Positions 9,366 through 20,900 of a stretch of DNA of 43,661 nucleotides are shown here, one piece after another. The stretch comes from Desulfurococcaceae archaeon (GTDB taxonomy: Archaea > Thermoproteota > Thermoprotei_A > Sulfolobales > Desulfurococcaceae), in NCBI GenBank assembly GCA_038816475.1, contig JAWBAI010000010.1:1-43661 (forward strand), given 5' to 3'. How positions within the stretch are numbered: position 1 is the first letter of the stretch; every line of letters begins with the position of its first letter. Below the pieces are notes generated by a model. That model made no database searches and was not told where the DNA came from. It saw only the letters and a list, made by a program, of their open reading frames with translations. The translations under genes and the position numbers were made by a program.

Positions 9366-10622
9366 GTGGAGTTTAAGGTCAAAGACCTTGGTTTAGCTGA
9401 AACAGGTGAACTGAGGATCTCATGGGCTGAGAGAAACATGCCTGTGCTGATGAGCATTAGACGAAAGTACGGTGGCTCCGGGCTACTGAAGAACGTTAGA
9501 ATTGGTGCAGTTCTCCACGTTACAAAGGAAACAGCTGTTCTGGTATTAGCGTTGAAAGAGGCTGGTGCAGAAGTTGTACTAGCTGCGAGTAATCCATTGT
9601 CCACGCAGGATGAAGTTGCAGCTGCTCTTGTCACCAAGGGTATTAGCGTGTTTGCATGGAAGGGTCAAACAGTGGATGACTATTACTGGTGTATACGCAG
9701 AGTAGCTGAAAGTGAACCGGATATTGTTATAGATGATGGTGGAGATCTTCATGCAATACTTCACGACAAGTACACCGGTTTAGCTGAGAGGATTATCGGT
9801 GGAACAGAGGAAACAACAACGGGTGTAAACAGGCTGAGAGCTCTTGAATCAAGTGGGTTACTTAAGTACCCTGTTATAGCTGTGAACGACTCGTACACGA
9901 AGTACTTGTTCGACAACAGGTATGGTACTGGTCAAAGCACCTTCGACGGTATTCTCAGAGCTACGAACATACTAGTAGCTGGAAAAGTAGTTGTTGTCGC
10001 AGGTTACGGGTGGGTTGGACGAGGAATAGCAATGCGTGCACGTGGGCTAGGTGCTAGAAGAGTCGTGGTTACAGAGGTGGATCCGATCAAGGCTTTAGAA
10101 GCGGTTTACGACGGCTTTGAAGTAATGCCGATGAGTAAAGCAGCTGAGGTTGGAGACGTGTTCATAACAGCTACAGGCAACATAGCGGTGATCAGGAGAG
10201 AGCACTTCGAGAAGATGAAGGATGGTGCAATACTAGCAAACGCGGGTCACTTCAACGTTGAGATTTGGATACCGGATCTCGAGGAGCTAGCAGTAGAGAA
10301 AAGGAACATACTACCTTACGTTACAGAGTACAAGCTGAGAGATGGTAGAAGACTCTACCTGCTTGCAGAGGGTAGACTTGTAAACCTCGTAGCAGCCGAG
10401 GGTCATCCAAGCGAAGTCATGGACATGAGCTTTGCAAACCAGTTCCTAGCAGTCAAGTACCTCTTGGAGAACAAGGGTAAACTACCGAGAACGGTCATGA
10501 AGCTACCGAGAGAACTAGATGAAGAAGTTGCTAGGTTAAAACTCGAGAGCATGGGTATAGAAATAGATACACTAACACAGCAGCAGAGAGAGTACCTCTC
10601 CACGTGGAAATACGGAACATAG
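9366..10622 (+). CDS. ahcY: Adenosylhomocysteinase
   Basis: [70 protein letters not shown] 9366 after GGGGGTG RBS. Confidence 0.97.
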   Translation: MEFKVKDLGLAETGELRISWAERNMPVLMSIRRKYGGSGLLKNVRIGAVLHVTKETAVLVLALKEAGAEVVLAASNPLSTQDEVAAALVTKGISVFAWKGQTVDDYYWCIRRVAESEPDIVIDDGGDLHAILHDKYTGLAERIIGGTEETTTGVNRLRALESSGLLKYPVIAVNDSYTKYLFDNRYGTGQSTFDGILRATNILVAGKVVVVAGYGWVGRGIAMRARGLGARRVVVTEVDPIKALEAVYDGFEVMPMSKAAEVGDVFITATGNIAVIRREHFEKMKDGAILANAGHFNVEIWIPDLEELAVEKRNILPYVTEYKLRDGRRLYLLAEGRLVNLVAAEGHPSEVMDMSFANQFLAVKYLLENKGKLPRTVMKLPRELDEEVARLKLESMGIEIDTLTQQQREYLSTWKYGT

Positions 10623-10677
10623 TGAGCACTCGCTCAACCCCAAGTAGGCAACATCCGATCGAGCTTCAGAACTTAGC

Positions 10678-10691
10678 TTAAAAGCTTTTAA
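10678..10691 (+). promoter_or_regulatory. Probable BRE-TATA promoter of the methylase/ATPase/helicase operon
   Basis: TTAAAAGCTTTTAA, a perfect 14-bp palindrome with purine-rich BRE plus TTTTAA, ~35 nt upstream of the TTG at 10725; GGGG RBS-like motif precedes the start. Confidence 0.5.
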
Positions 10692-10724
10692 CTTCACGGG
10701 TCTTTAATAATCAAGGGGCTTCTC

Positions 10725-13700
10725 TTGAATTCTGCATTCTTAGAGAGCAGTAAAATTCCAGTTGAAGTAATAAACATTGCTTGTTCCAAGGAGAAAGGTC
10801 CTGGAAGACCACCCTTCTGGGAAATGGTTTTCTGGTGGACTCGTAAACCACTAGCATCTGCTAGAGCAATAATACTAGCATCACTACTACCCGGGGACTA
10901 TGATCCACAGAGATTCATCAAGATAGTGTACCCCAGCTACATGGGCAAAGGAAAATTCAGTAAAACACCTCATTTCCTAAACCCAGACCTCAGACTACTG
11001 GATAAGAGCATCCACGAGAAAGTAAGAAGAGTAAAACTACTAGACCCCTTTGCTGGTTTCGGTTCTATACCACTTGAAGCAGTTAGAATAGGTATTGGTG
11101 AAGTAGTAGCCTGCGAGCTACTACCGGTAGCTACAGTCTTCCTGAAGGCTGTTCTCGAGATCCCGAAGTGGATTGTGGAGCATAAACTCGAGAAAAACCT
11201 GGTAAACGATATTGAAAAGTGGGGTTTATGGATACTAGAAGAACTCAGGAAAGACTCAGCTATAAGAGAACTATACGACGAAGACGTAGCAGTTTACATT
11301 GGAACATGGGAAGTGAAGTGCCCGTACTGTGGTAGGTATACACCACTAGTTGGAAACTGGTGGCTTGCCAGAGTCAAGGACAAGAAGAAGTACAAAGCAC
11401 TAGCATGGATGAAGCCTGTAAAGAACCAGGATGGAGTCAGCATCGAAGTAGTTGAGATCGTCGATCCCCTGGAGCTTGAAACAGCTAAGACTATAACTCG
11501 TGGAAAAAGAGCAGTAGGTGTTAAAACAAGCAGAGGAGAATACATAGTTGGAGACCCCAGGCTAAGTGGAGAACCAAACATAAATGCGCGAAGAACGGAT
11601 GCTACTTGCTTAAACTGCTACTCAAAGCTGAAAGGAACAAAAGACAAGTGGATAATCAAAGATGCACTAAGAGAGTGGAACAATAATCTCGAAAAATACC
11701 TAAGAGGTGAAATAACACTAGAAGAACTAAAGCAAACAAGAGCAAAACCAAGAATACTAGTGAAAGTAAAAACAACCAGTAAACAACTGATCTTTGAACC
11801 TGCAACACAGCAAGACAACGAGAAGCTCTGGAAAGCCCTGGAGAAACTCAGGCAGAACTGGGGAGACCCAGACATACCAACAGAGCCACTACCGCCGTAC
11901 GGCTCACGAGGGATGGGAGGAGACCTTAAGACAGTTATATGGGGTTTAGATAAATGGTACAAACACTTCAACCCGCGTCAGCTTCTAACCCTGGTGAAAC
12001 TGGTTAAGCTGATACGTGAAGCCGGTAGAAGAGTAGAAGAAGAGAAGCTGAAGCAAGGCTGGAACAAAGAAAAAGCACACAAATACGCAGAAGCAATAAC
12101 AACATACCTAGCAATAGCACTATGCAAGCATGGCGATTTCAATTCTATAGTAAGTCACTGGACTATAACATGGCTTATACCTAACGAAGCTCTTGCCATG
12201 AGAGGAATAGCTATGGTGTGGAATTGGGGCGAATACTCTCCTTATTCACTAAAGATGACCGGCACCTATTCTCGAAATATAGAAAAAATTATTGAGAGTC
12301 TCCAGTACCTTATCAACGCTGTTTCGGGTAGTTCTAGTCGTGTTGAGGTTGTACTCGATGATGCCACGGTTCTCAGTAAGCTCGGAGACGAGAAGTTCGA
12401 CTTGATCGTCACAGATCCACCCTACAGAGACGACGTACCCTATGCGGAGCTCAGCGACTTCTACTATGTCTGGCTTAAGCGTGCTTTGAGCGATAGTAAC
12501 GGTGCTTCGCTTGTTCCCAGGTTTTACCAGGACTTCTTCTTTCCTGGGGGTGTTGAGGTTTCTACTCAGTGGGAGTGGTTTGCATCACGCGAAGTATCAC
12601 TTAGTACTGGTAGATGTGTTTTCTTTGGTGAAGGAGCCGGTGAGGATGAGTGTGAACGTGTTTATAGGAGAAAACTCTCAGAGTCCTTTAAGTCCATTGC
12701 TAGTAGACTTAAGGAGGACGGGTTACTTGTTACTTACTTTGCTCAGAGTTCTCCAGAGGCGTGGATATCGCTGATAGAAGCGGGTTTATCTAGTAACTTG
12801 TGTCCGTTTACAGCTTTCCCTGTTATAACCGAGAGTGAGGAGAACATTGTTGCTCGTGGTAAATCTGCTATAACAGCTAGTATTGTCATCGCGTGGCGTA
12901 GAATTCAACCTGGTTATCCACTGGATGTTTCAACCAGCTATAGTGAACTAGTTGAAACTGCTAGCAGAGAGCTTGATTCTATAGCTAAAGCTCTCTCAAG
13001 TGCTTCTGGTGGTGTTGTATCAGAGCTATATGGTGTAACTATTTATGTTATGGCTTATGCTAGAGTACTAAGCTTGCTTACAATGAATGGTAGACCTGTG
13101 AAAGCAGGTAAACAGCTAAGTACTGAGGAGATTGTTAAGCTTGCATCCGAAATACTTGCACAAGCTTACGCGAAGGCTAGTGGTGCACAGCTAAGTAGTG
13201 GTGATGCCATATTCTACTACTTGGTTAAGAGAGTGTTTCCACGAAGTCCGGAGGGTAGAAGATTAGCCTCCAGTAGCGATTTAATACTCTTAAGCTACGG
13301 ATTAAGCGATGTGCAGAGAGCAAAAGTTCTCGATGAATTTGTTAGAAAAGGAATTCTCAGAGTTCATGGTAAAGAGGAGGAAACAGAGGTTGCTAGTCGT
13401 GAAACGTACATACTTGTTGAGCCTAGAAAGAGCAACGATGAACTTGAACTAGGTGAAGTTCTGAAACTCCACGGTGTTTACCCGGAGAACCCGGCTACTT
13501 TAAAATCACCTGTTCACGTGCTTCATGCACTAATGCTCTACTCGTTGAAACCTCGTGATGTGTTTTACAAGTACTATGAAAAGCTCTACTCGTACAACCC
13601 TGTTCTAGTCTCAGAAGCTGTTGAACTAGCTAAGGCATTGTCAACACTCGATGGTGATCCAGAATCAGAGCTTGCTTTGAGAGTTCTCGAGTACCTTGGT

Positions 13701-13757
13701 TCAAGAACCATGAATACCAGGAGAAGAGGTGGTTTACTTGACTTTACAAGAGGTTAA
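10725..13757 (+). CDS. DUF1156-family adenine-specific DNA methyltransferase
   Basis: FWWTRKPL, motif I DPFAGFGSIPLEA, Zn-binding CPYC/CLNC, FNPRQL, motif IV TDPPYRDDVPYAELSDFYYVWLKR. Confidence 0.9.
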   Translation: MNSAFLESSKIPVEVINIACSKEKGPGRPPFWEMVFWWTRKPLASARAIILASLLPGDYDPQRFIKIVYPSYMGKGKFSKTPHFLNPDLRLLDKSIHEKVRRVKLLDPFAGFGSIPLEAVRIGIGEVVACELLPVATVFLKAVLEIPKWIVEHKLEKNLVNDIEKWGLWILEELRKDSAIRELYDEDVAVYIGTWEVKCPYCGRYTPLVGNWWLARVKDKKKYKALAWMKPVKNQDGVSIEVVEIVDPLELETAKTITRGKRAVGVKTSRGEYIVGDPRLSGEPNINARRTDATCLNCYSKLKGTKDKWIIKDALREWNNNLEKYLRGEITLEELKQTRAKPRILVKVKTTSKQLIFEPATQQDNEKLWKALEKLRQNWGDPDIPTEPLPPYGSRGMGGDLKTVIWGLDKWYKHFNPRQLLTLVKLVKLIREAGRRVEEEKLKQGWNKEKAHKYAEAITTYLAIALCKHGDFNSIVSHWTITWLIPNEALAMRGIAMVWNWGEYSPYSLKMTGTYSRNIEKIIESLQYLINAVSGSSSRVEVVLDDATVLSKLGDEKFDLIVTDPPYRDDVPYAELSDFYYVWLKRALSDSNGASLVPRFYQDFFFPGGVEVSTQWEWFASREVSLSTGRCVFFGEGAGEDECERVYRRKLSESFKSIASRLKEDGLLVTYFAQSSPEAWISLIEAGLSSNLCPFTAFPVITESEENIVARGKSAITASIVIAWRRIQPGYPLDVSTSYSELVETASRELDSIAKALSSASGGVVSELYGVTIYVMAYARVLSLLTMNGRPVKAGKQLSTEEIVKLASEILAQAYAKASGAQLSSGDAIFYYLVKRVFPRSPEGRRLASSSDLILLSYGLSDVQRAKVLDEFVRKGILRVHGKEEETEVASRETYILVEPRKSNDELELGEVLKLHGVYPENPATLKSPVHVLHALMLYSLKPRDVFYKYYEKLYSYNPVLVSEAVELAKALSTLDGDPESELALRVLEYLGSRTMNTRRRGGLLDFTRG

Positions 13758-16700
13758 ACCCTTTACATCCGTGGTAAAACCAAGAGAAGAGGTCATTAAG
13801 GGTGTAATTGAGGAAGCAGTAAACTTAGCGAACATATTTATGTACAATGAACTAAGGGGTAAACATCCAGAGGCTGATCTTCTGACTCCAAGTGTTCTGT
13901 ACAACTCAGAGGACTTCTTGAGGAGAACATATGTAAGCATGGAGATAAAGAACATTATACTCCTAGTTATGGGTGGTTTAGCGGGAGTTTCCTACGTTTA
14001 CCTTGATGAGAAAGGTAATAGACTACCGGTATCCAAGAGAGTAATCGTTATTCCCAGTGCACTCGGTGGTGGTAAAACACATTTACTAGCAACACTATAC
14101 CATGTTGTAAAGCTGTACAATGAAAAGAAGGAGAGAGTAGCAGAGTACTTCGAGGACAAAAAGCTCAAGTACGGTCTCAGCCACGTGTGTAAAACTCTAA
14201 AAGAGTACGGTGATGTCAAAGTAGTGGTTATAGCTGGAGATACACGTGCACTAGCTCCAACACCCGATGATCCACTGGTCATAGACGGATACAGAGTACA
14301 TACACCATGGGGTCTAATGGGCTACTTACTCGGGGAATACGAGAAGATCAGGAAAGCTGACGAGAATCAAACACCACCCACTGTAGACGAGCTCAGAGGA
14401 CTTCTCAGAAACAAGAGAGTTCTCATACTAATTGATGAAGCAGTTGAGTACATGGTTAGAGCTGTTAGACTTGATGCTGTAGTAAAAGGCTACAGTGAAG
14501 CATTTCTATCGTTTATTAGAAATCTCGCAGTAGCTGTTAATGAAACACCACACTCCGTACTAGTAGTTACTCTACCAGCTGAGTTCAGAGAAGGTGGCAT
14601 TGGAAGAAGTTTTCAGCACCCAGAGTACGTTGAAAGAATAAACTCAATGCTACAGCGTGTAGCTCCTGAATACCATTCACCACTGGTTTTTGAAAAGGAC
14701 ATATCAGCTGTATTCAGAAAAAGACTGTTCGAGAACATAGATAGTGAACAGGTTAAGAGAAACGTAGAACTAGTACTGAGGCAAATAAGAGAACGCGTAG
14801 AAGTTGATGCTGAGCTAAGAAACTCCATTAAAGCAAAGTACCAGGATGTTCTCTTATTCTTTGAGAAGCTTAAGGAAACATACCCGTTTCACCCCTACTT
14901 CATTGAGCTAATTGTGAACATTGCTGTTAGAAACCCGGGTTTAGGATTAACTAGGTACTTGCTTGCTTTTGTATCAAGACTTGTTAAGTACATTTACGAT
15001 TCAAAGGAGAAGCTTGGTCGTGATCCTGCACTATCACTTATTACTTCATGGATTATCCCCTTGGAATATACTGAGTTCAGAGAAGAGCTTCTCAGAGGAA
15101 TGATATCTGAGCTGAGAGCAGAGTTTAACAGAATATACGAGCAGGATGTTAGGAGTCATGCTAGTAGAATACGGGAGTTGATCTTTCAAGAACGCTCTTT
15201 AGATAGAAATCAGCTATTAACTCTCATCAAAGGATGCATAGCAACAACGGTATGGTTATCCACGATTCCTGGTCAAGGAACCAAGCGAAGTGAAGCAATT
15301 AAGATATACCTAGCCAAGGATGAACTACCATCTGTTATCTATGATCCAATAGCACATCGTGATGCAATAGGAGCAGACGTTATTAATACTCTAAATGACC
15401 TGCTGAACACCTCCACCTACCTGGTTTTAACACCCGATGAAAAGGTTTTCTATGCCACTATACCGGATGTTCTAGCAATCGTAAGGCAGAAGTACTTAGG
15501 ACTCACGGATTTCGATGCTCTACGTAGATTAGAACTCTTGGTCACCAGGGTATCGTTCAGAAGAGGTGAACACATCAAAGACATTGTCCCGATTACCATG
15601 AGCAGGGAGATTGAAATAGAGAACATCGTAGCAAGACAACTAGAGGGAAGAGATGACCCGGTTCTCGTTATATACATGGGTTTAGAGGATCCTCCAAGCA
15701 GCATCGCTGACATTGTTCTCGTGAGGAACAACATAGTTCTACTACTACCAGACTTCGGGGTATCACCAGAGCAACTGGGTTTACACTACACTGAGAGGAT
15801 TAGAAGAGTAATTGGAAGTGAACCAGGCAACATGAAGGACTATATCAAAAGCCTACTTAAGTTACTACGTGCTGTTGAAAGTGTAAAAGAAGAAAGAGAG
15901 TTTCTTAGAGAACTAGCTGGAGAAGAAAACCTAAACTATGTTCAAAGCGTTCTCGAGAATATTAAGAGCGAGGTTGAAAAACACCTTGTTATCTCGATAT
16001 ACTCTGTACTCAGAAAAGCAGTAGCTGGACGCCAGAAGAAGGTATACGATGTTGATCTAAGACCATACGGTGATGAATCAGAGGATCTTTCGATTCTCTG
16101 TAGAAGACTCGAGGAGTACCTCGAGAAACGTGGAGTTATAACTGAATGGGACTGGAGTGATATAGTTGAAGAACTTCAAGACTGGAGCGATGTATGGGAT
16201 TTAGACAAGTCTCCCAAGAAGTTCATTAAAGTAGGAGAGATCTGGACGCAGCTTCTTGAATCACAGAACGTGAAACCACACTTAACCGGGTTTAAAGACT
16301 TTGAGAAAGCACTTAGAATTGCATACTTGGGTAGAAAAATAGCGTTCAAGTACAACGGTGAAATCCTCTGGTTGAATCACCCGTACTCCCCCGGCGAAGC
16401 TGAGAAGAAAATCAAAACCGGGCTTCCTCTATGCGATTGGGATAGAGATGTTCTAGATAAGCTTAAGAGAATGAACGGTGATCTCAGGCAAACCGAGATA
16501 GTGTCCCCACGGTACATTATCAAAGAGTACATTCAAAAGTTGAAGAAGAAAGCAGAAGTTAAACCCGGTGAAAGAGTAATTAGGAAACTCGTAGTTTACA
16601 AACCGGATGCACGAATTGAGCTTGACGAGTTCTTAGCGGTTCTAAAATCCGAGGAGGAAATAGTAGAGGAGCTAGCAAAATACCCAATTGTTCTTGTAGA

Positions 16701-17463
16701 GGAAAAACCGAGACGCGTATTCAATGTCGTTGTTGATAGTGTTAACGATAGAACATTTAGAAGAGAAGAGCTACTTGACTTTGAACTCGAAGGAAAAGGG
16801 GAGATCAAGGTACGTGGAAAACTTGATTCCACGGAAGTGTTCGACGTAGGAGTACTACTCGAGGTTAAAGACGCATCTGGAAATCTCGTTGTTGAATCAC
16901 GGTTAGAGAAACGTAGAACTCCTGGTTCATTCGAAGTTAAAAGCACTATTGATAAACCCGGGGATTACGTTGTTCTTCTAAGAGCAGAGGAGAGTGAAGG
17001 TTACAGTGTATCAATTCCTGTTGCTAGAGTTAAAGTTAAAGGTGAAGTATGCACTGAGAACGAGGTTGATGTAGGTAGATTAAGCGAAATCATAAGTTCA
17101 CCCGTGGTTAAAGCTGAGTTGAAATCCGTGGAGATAAAAGGTAAATTGAGTAGGGCAGTTGTGCATGAACTTAGTGATGTGTTAAAACTACTTAACTCAT
17201 ACGATGTACGTGTAACCGGTTACATAGAGACCAGGGAGAAGGAGGAGGATATTAGAGTATACTTTAGGAACAAGAGAACTGATGTTGCATCAAAGATCAT
17301 AACGGCTATTGGACCAGTGGACATGGAGGTAGACTTGAGATTAGATGGTTTAACATTGAGTAAGCTGAGAGAACTCGATAAGGTGTCACGAACTCTGCTT
17401 GATCCTCATAAACCACTCGCTTCTATTACAAAGATTAGAGTAAGAGAGTGCAAGAGGATCTAG
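13729..17463 (+). CDS. DUF499-family AAA+ ATPase with long C-terminal extension
   Basis: VKPREEV, Walker A LGGGKTH, TPWG, Walker B ILIDE, RKRLFE, YPFHP; beta-rich Ig-like region near the C-terminus. Overlaps the methylase stop by 29 nt. Confidence 0.88.
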   Translation: MVYLTLQEVKPFTSVVKPREEVIKGVIEEAVNLANIFMYNELRGKHPEADLLTPSVLYNSEDFLRRTYVSMEIKNIILLVMGGLAGVSYVYLDEKGNRLPVSKRVIVIPSALGGGKTHLLATLYHVVKLYNEKKERVAEYFEDKKLKYGLSHVCKTLKEYGDVKVVVIAGDTRALAPTPDDPLVIDGYRVHTPWGLMGYLLGEYEKIRKADENQTPPTVDELRGLLRNKRVLILIDEAVEYMVRAVRLDAVVKGYSEAFLSFIRNLAVAVNETPHSVLVVTLPAEFREGGIGRSFQHPEYVERINSMLQRVAPEYHSPLVFEKDISAVFRKRLFENIDSEQVKRNVELVLRQIRERVEVDAELRNSIKAKYQDVLLFFEKLKETYPFHPYFIELIVNIAVRNPGLGLTRYLLAFVSRLVKYIYDSKEKLGRDPALSLITSWIIPLEYTEFREELLRGMISELRAEFNRIYEQDVRSHASRIRELIFQERSLDRNQLLTLIKGCIATTVWLSTIPGQGTKRSEAIKIYLAKDELPSVIYDPIAHRDAIGADVINTLNDLLNTSTYLVLTPDEKVFYATIPDVLAIVRQKYLGLTDFDALRRLELLVTRVSFRRGEHIKDIVPITMSREIEIENIVARQLEGRDDPVLVIYMGLEDPPSSIADIVLVRNNIVLLLPDFGVSPEQLGLHYTERIRRVIGSEPGNMKDYIKSLLKLLRAVESVKEEREFLRELAGEENLNYVQSVLENIKSEVEKHLVISIYSVLRKAVAGRQKKVYDVDLRPYGDESEDLSILCRRLEEYLEKRGVITEWDWSDIVEELQDWSDVWDLDKSPKKFIKVGEIWTQLLESQNVKPHLTGFKDFEKALRIAYLGRKIAFKYNGEILWLNHPYSPGEAEKKIKTGLPLCDWDRDVLDKLKRMNGDLRQTEIVSPRYIIKEYIQKLKKKAEVKPGERVIRKLVVYKPDARIELDEFLAVLKSEEEIVEELAKYPIVLVEEKPRRVFNVVVDSVNDRTFRREELLDFELEGKGEIKVRGKLDSTEVFDVGVLLEVKDASGNLVVESRLEKRRTPGSFEVKSTIDKPGDYVVLLRAEESEGYSVSIPVARVKVKGEVCTENEVDVGRLSEIISSPVVKAELKSVEIKGKLSRAVVHELSDVLKLLNSYDVRVTGYIETREKEEDIRVYFRNKRTDVASKIITAIGPVDMEVDLRLDGLTLSKLRELDKVSRTLLDPHKPLASITKIRVRECKRI

Positions 17464-17465
17464 CC

Positions 17466-17909
17466 ATGTCCAGGGCTGAGAAAAAGCCTCTGAAAGCAGT
17501 AGCTGTTCTCGTCTCAGCGAAGAAACCATACTACATTGTAACAATATACGATCGAGGCTGGAGAGTAGGAGTTATCAAAAGGATCTTGAAACCCGAGTTT
17601 ATAACAAGATGGTTTACGTACAATCAGTCGCTTCTAGAGTTCAACTACGCCGTGATCAAGGAGAAGAGAGATAAAAAAACAATAAGCATAGCATTTGACG
17701 AAGCTGCATCAAGGCACTTCACCATATACGTGTTCTACTTGTGGAGCATAAGCAACCTGAGGTCAAGTAGGAAAGTTGACTGTTTAGCTAAGTGCTGGTC
17801 AATGATAGATGCTATTAGTCCAGTTGCCGATATACTACGCGAATTATCGAGATCAGTGGATAGAAAAAGGTTTGTTGGTGCTCTCAGAGGATACTGTTTA
17901 TGTCACTAG
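17466..17909 (+). CDS. Small basic hypothetical protein in the defence operon
   Basis: ATG 2 nt after the ATPase stop; overlaps the helicase start; no recognised family motif. Confidence 0.75.
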   Translation: MSRAEKKPLKAVAVLVSAKKPYYIVTIYDRGWRVGVIKRILKPEFITRWFTYNQSLLEFNYAVIKEKRDKKTISIAFDEAASRHFTIYVFYLWSISNLRSSRKVDCLAKCWSMIDAISPVADILRELSRSVDRKRFVGALRGYCLCH

Positions 17910-20900
17910 ATGCTGGCTCTGATCAAATACATGCTTTACTCAGAGTAATTACTAAGCCTCTTTTCAAGTACAACCCTTTCTTCACACTCTACATTAACCC
18001 GTTTTACGAGCCTCCATCACCTGATATTACCTCGAGACCCTACTACAACTACATACATCAGGTTTCACTACTTCTAGACATGATACCTAGAACCAGAGTT
18101 AAAGTTCTAATTGGCGATGAAGTTGGTTTAGGTAAAACAGTTGAAGCAATACGTTTAATAAAGTACCTTGTTACAACCAATCAAGCGAACAAAATACTCA
18201 TTATAGCGCCCAAGGCGCTTATTAAACAGTGGATTTACCATGACATGAGGGATCTTCTCTACGCACCTGGGTATGTTAAGAGGATCACCAGGAAGAAAAT
18301 AGACAACATCTTAGAGAGTTTTAGAAGAGGGTTAATCCGCAAAGCAGTGTTTCTCGTACCGATAGACCTTGCAAAGAGAGGTAGCATGGATAAGCACGCG
18401 TGGGGAGGGTTTAAACCCTACTATGAGTTCATATCAAGCTTAGACTGGGATCTCGTTGTCATCGACGAAGCTCATCAACTAGGTTTTACACCCCCGTTGA
18501 GCCTAAGAACGAAAAGACTAGCACCAGTATGCACAAAGGCAAAGCACCTTGTACTGCTATCTGCTACTCCCTCCCGAGGGACACACGAGGATATGCTCGG
18601 TAGAGTATCCCTCCTGATCCCTGAGCTAGAGGGTAAAGTCAAGGAGATAGCCAAGAGGAGCGATGAACGTAGACAACTCTACCGAGTACTCTCGAACTAC
18701 ATCGTATACAGGAGAACAAAGGATTTCGTGAACGAATTAGAAGGTAGAAGGGTGTTTCCAGAGCTTTCAGCTCTAATGGCTTTGATAAAACTAGGTGATA
18801 AGAAAGAACTCTACCAGGAGTTAAACAAGGTTTTATCAGAGATCCTTAAACACTTGAATGTTAAACCAGTTGAGTTAGTTAAAATCATAGTACTCAAGAG
18901 AGCGCTTTCCAGTCCATGGTCTTTCATTAAAACAATAACCAGGGTGCTAGAAAGGGGTAGTAGTCAACAAGGTTCGCGTTTATCGAGTAAGCTCCTTGAT
19001 GAGCTCTTCACGGAGAGCAAAGTAGACGAAGTCGTCGAAGAAGCTCTTAGATCAGTTGTAGGTAAGCTTCCAAGTAGCATGCTATATAAAGTCTCAGAGC
19101 TACTCCTTGAGTTCGAAAACTTGTACAGAGAAGGTGATCCCTGTGTTAAAGCACTTGCTCACCTCTTGTACCACGTGCTAGTTAACCCGGGTTATCTACC
19201 AAGAGACCTTCTAGGAGACTACGTTGTGTTCAGCGAGTACAGAGACACAGTGGAATACGTGTTCAACTACCTTGTAGACTTCTTTAGATCAAGAGGGTTT
19301 AAAGCAAGTGATGTAAAGCAGCTGATCATCGAAAGAACCTTGAAGAAGTATCATGAGAAGAAAGACTTGTCTTCTACTAGGAAGTACTCTAGTCTACTCG
19401 ATAACTCAATGGAAATCCTCGTGGACGAGACCATGGGTAAGTGGATAATACTGGTTAAACTATCATCTCTTAATCAGGATGTAATTCACCTCCTTCCAGA
19501 AGTGTTCGAATTAGCTGAGGAAATCGTTGGAGCAAGTGTTTTGAAGGTGTTGATAAGCACGGATATAGCTTCGGAGGGTTTAAACCTGCACCAGTTTAAC
19601 GTAGTGGTGAACTACGATGTTCCTTGGAGTCCTGTTAAACGTGAGCAACGAATAGGCAGAGTCTATAGATTGAGACAAGTAAGAAACTGCACGGTTATAG
19701 ACTTTGTTAGAGATGTGGAGGTAGACTACGAGTTTTACACCAAGCTCGTGCTCAAGCTCTTAAACATGATCGAGCAAAGAATTACGAGTAAACCACTTGA
19801 AGGTGTAATAGAACTTCATGTTTTAAAGAAACAGCAAAGTAGTGAAGAATACCTTCAGGTCTTAGAAAAGGACATTGCTTCAGCTCTGTGCAGAGTTTAC
19901 GAAGACTACTATAGCCCTGTTAACAGAAGGCCGTTGTCAGAGATCCTGAACAATATAAGAGCTGAGCTCGCGAAGAAGCTGATCAAGTACAGAGATCTAT
20001 ACGAAGAGCTTGCTCCTTCAAGCAAAAGCGTTGAATCAACTAAGAGGTACGTAAAGGAGCTAACGGGATGTAGTGATCACGAGCACTTCACTAGGGTGGT
20101 ATGTGCACTGTTCGAGTTACTGTACAAAACCCCCTGCACACTGAAACCTGGTTCTGAGCCACGTCTACTACTGCGTATCTACGATAAACTACGCGAAGCC
20201 AACACATCATTGTTGGATTCAGAGCTTGTTCTCGTTGTTAGAGAACCGCGAGTAGAGAAAGGATTCCTGGGTGTAGTAGACCTGTATGTCAACGGAAGCA
20301 TTAGGTACTCCACACCGGTTCTCGTTCTCTACAGAAACGGTGAGTCCAAGCTAGTACACGGTGTAGAACTTCTTGAATGGCTAGTGGAAGGACTGAGAAA
20401 GGGTCTTATAGGATTAACCAGGGTATCCTCGAGAACTAGTACTGATGATGAACGTAGCTTTGAAGAAAATGTGCGCAAACTGGTGGAGTCAATAGAGTTC
20501 TTGTTCTTCGAAAGGATATTTAGCAAAAGCTTTGATGTTTCGAAGTTAACTGGTGAACAGCTCGTTGAATATCCCAAAATAGAAGCCAAGCTCAGTTCTC
20601 CGGTCATCAGGGTAATAGGAGCGGTAGGCTTAGCTGAGTACGAGGAATTTCTATCCGGATTACCTGAGGAGATGAAAGCTCAGATGGAACGTGAAAGTGT
20701 AGAGCATGTTAAAAGCATCTACGAGATGAAAGGTTGCAATGTTCTGGAGGTGAACATAGGTGTACCCAAACCCTACGACATGCTAGTTGAGTGCTTAGAG
20801 AACGGTGAAGCTAAGGTGCTGATGATCGAAGTCAAAAGCCACCTCAAGAAGGTTCTAGTAGCTGAGTTAACACCAGCTGAAACTGAGCTAGCCGAGAAGA

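Noticed and set aside
9257-9637. N-terminal extension of the 308-aa minus ORF
   Set aside because: Antisense to ahcY; an RBS-supported TTG at 9256 is the better start.
10623-10724. Possible att site for a tRNA-integrated element
   Set aside because: No match to the tRNA-Ile2 3' end and no integrase, so no mobile element was called.
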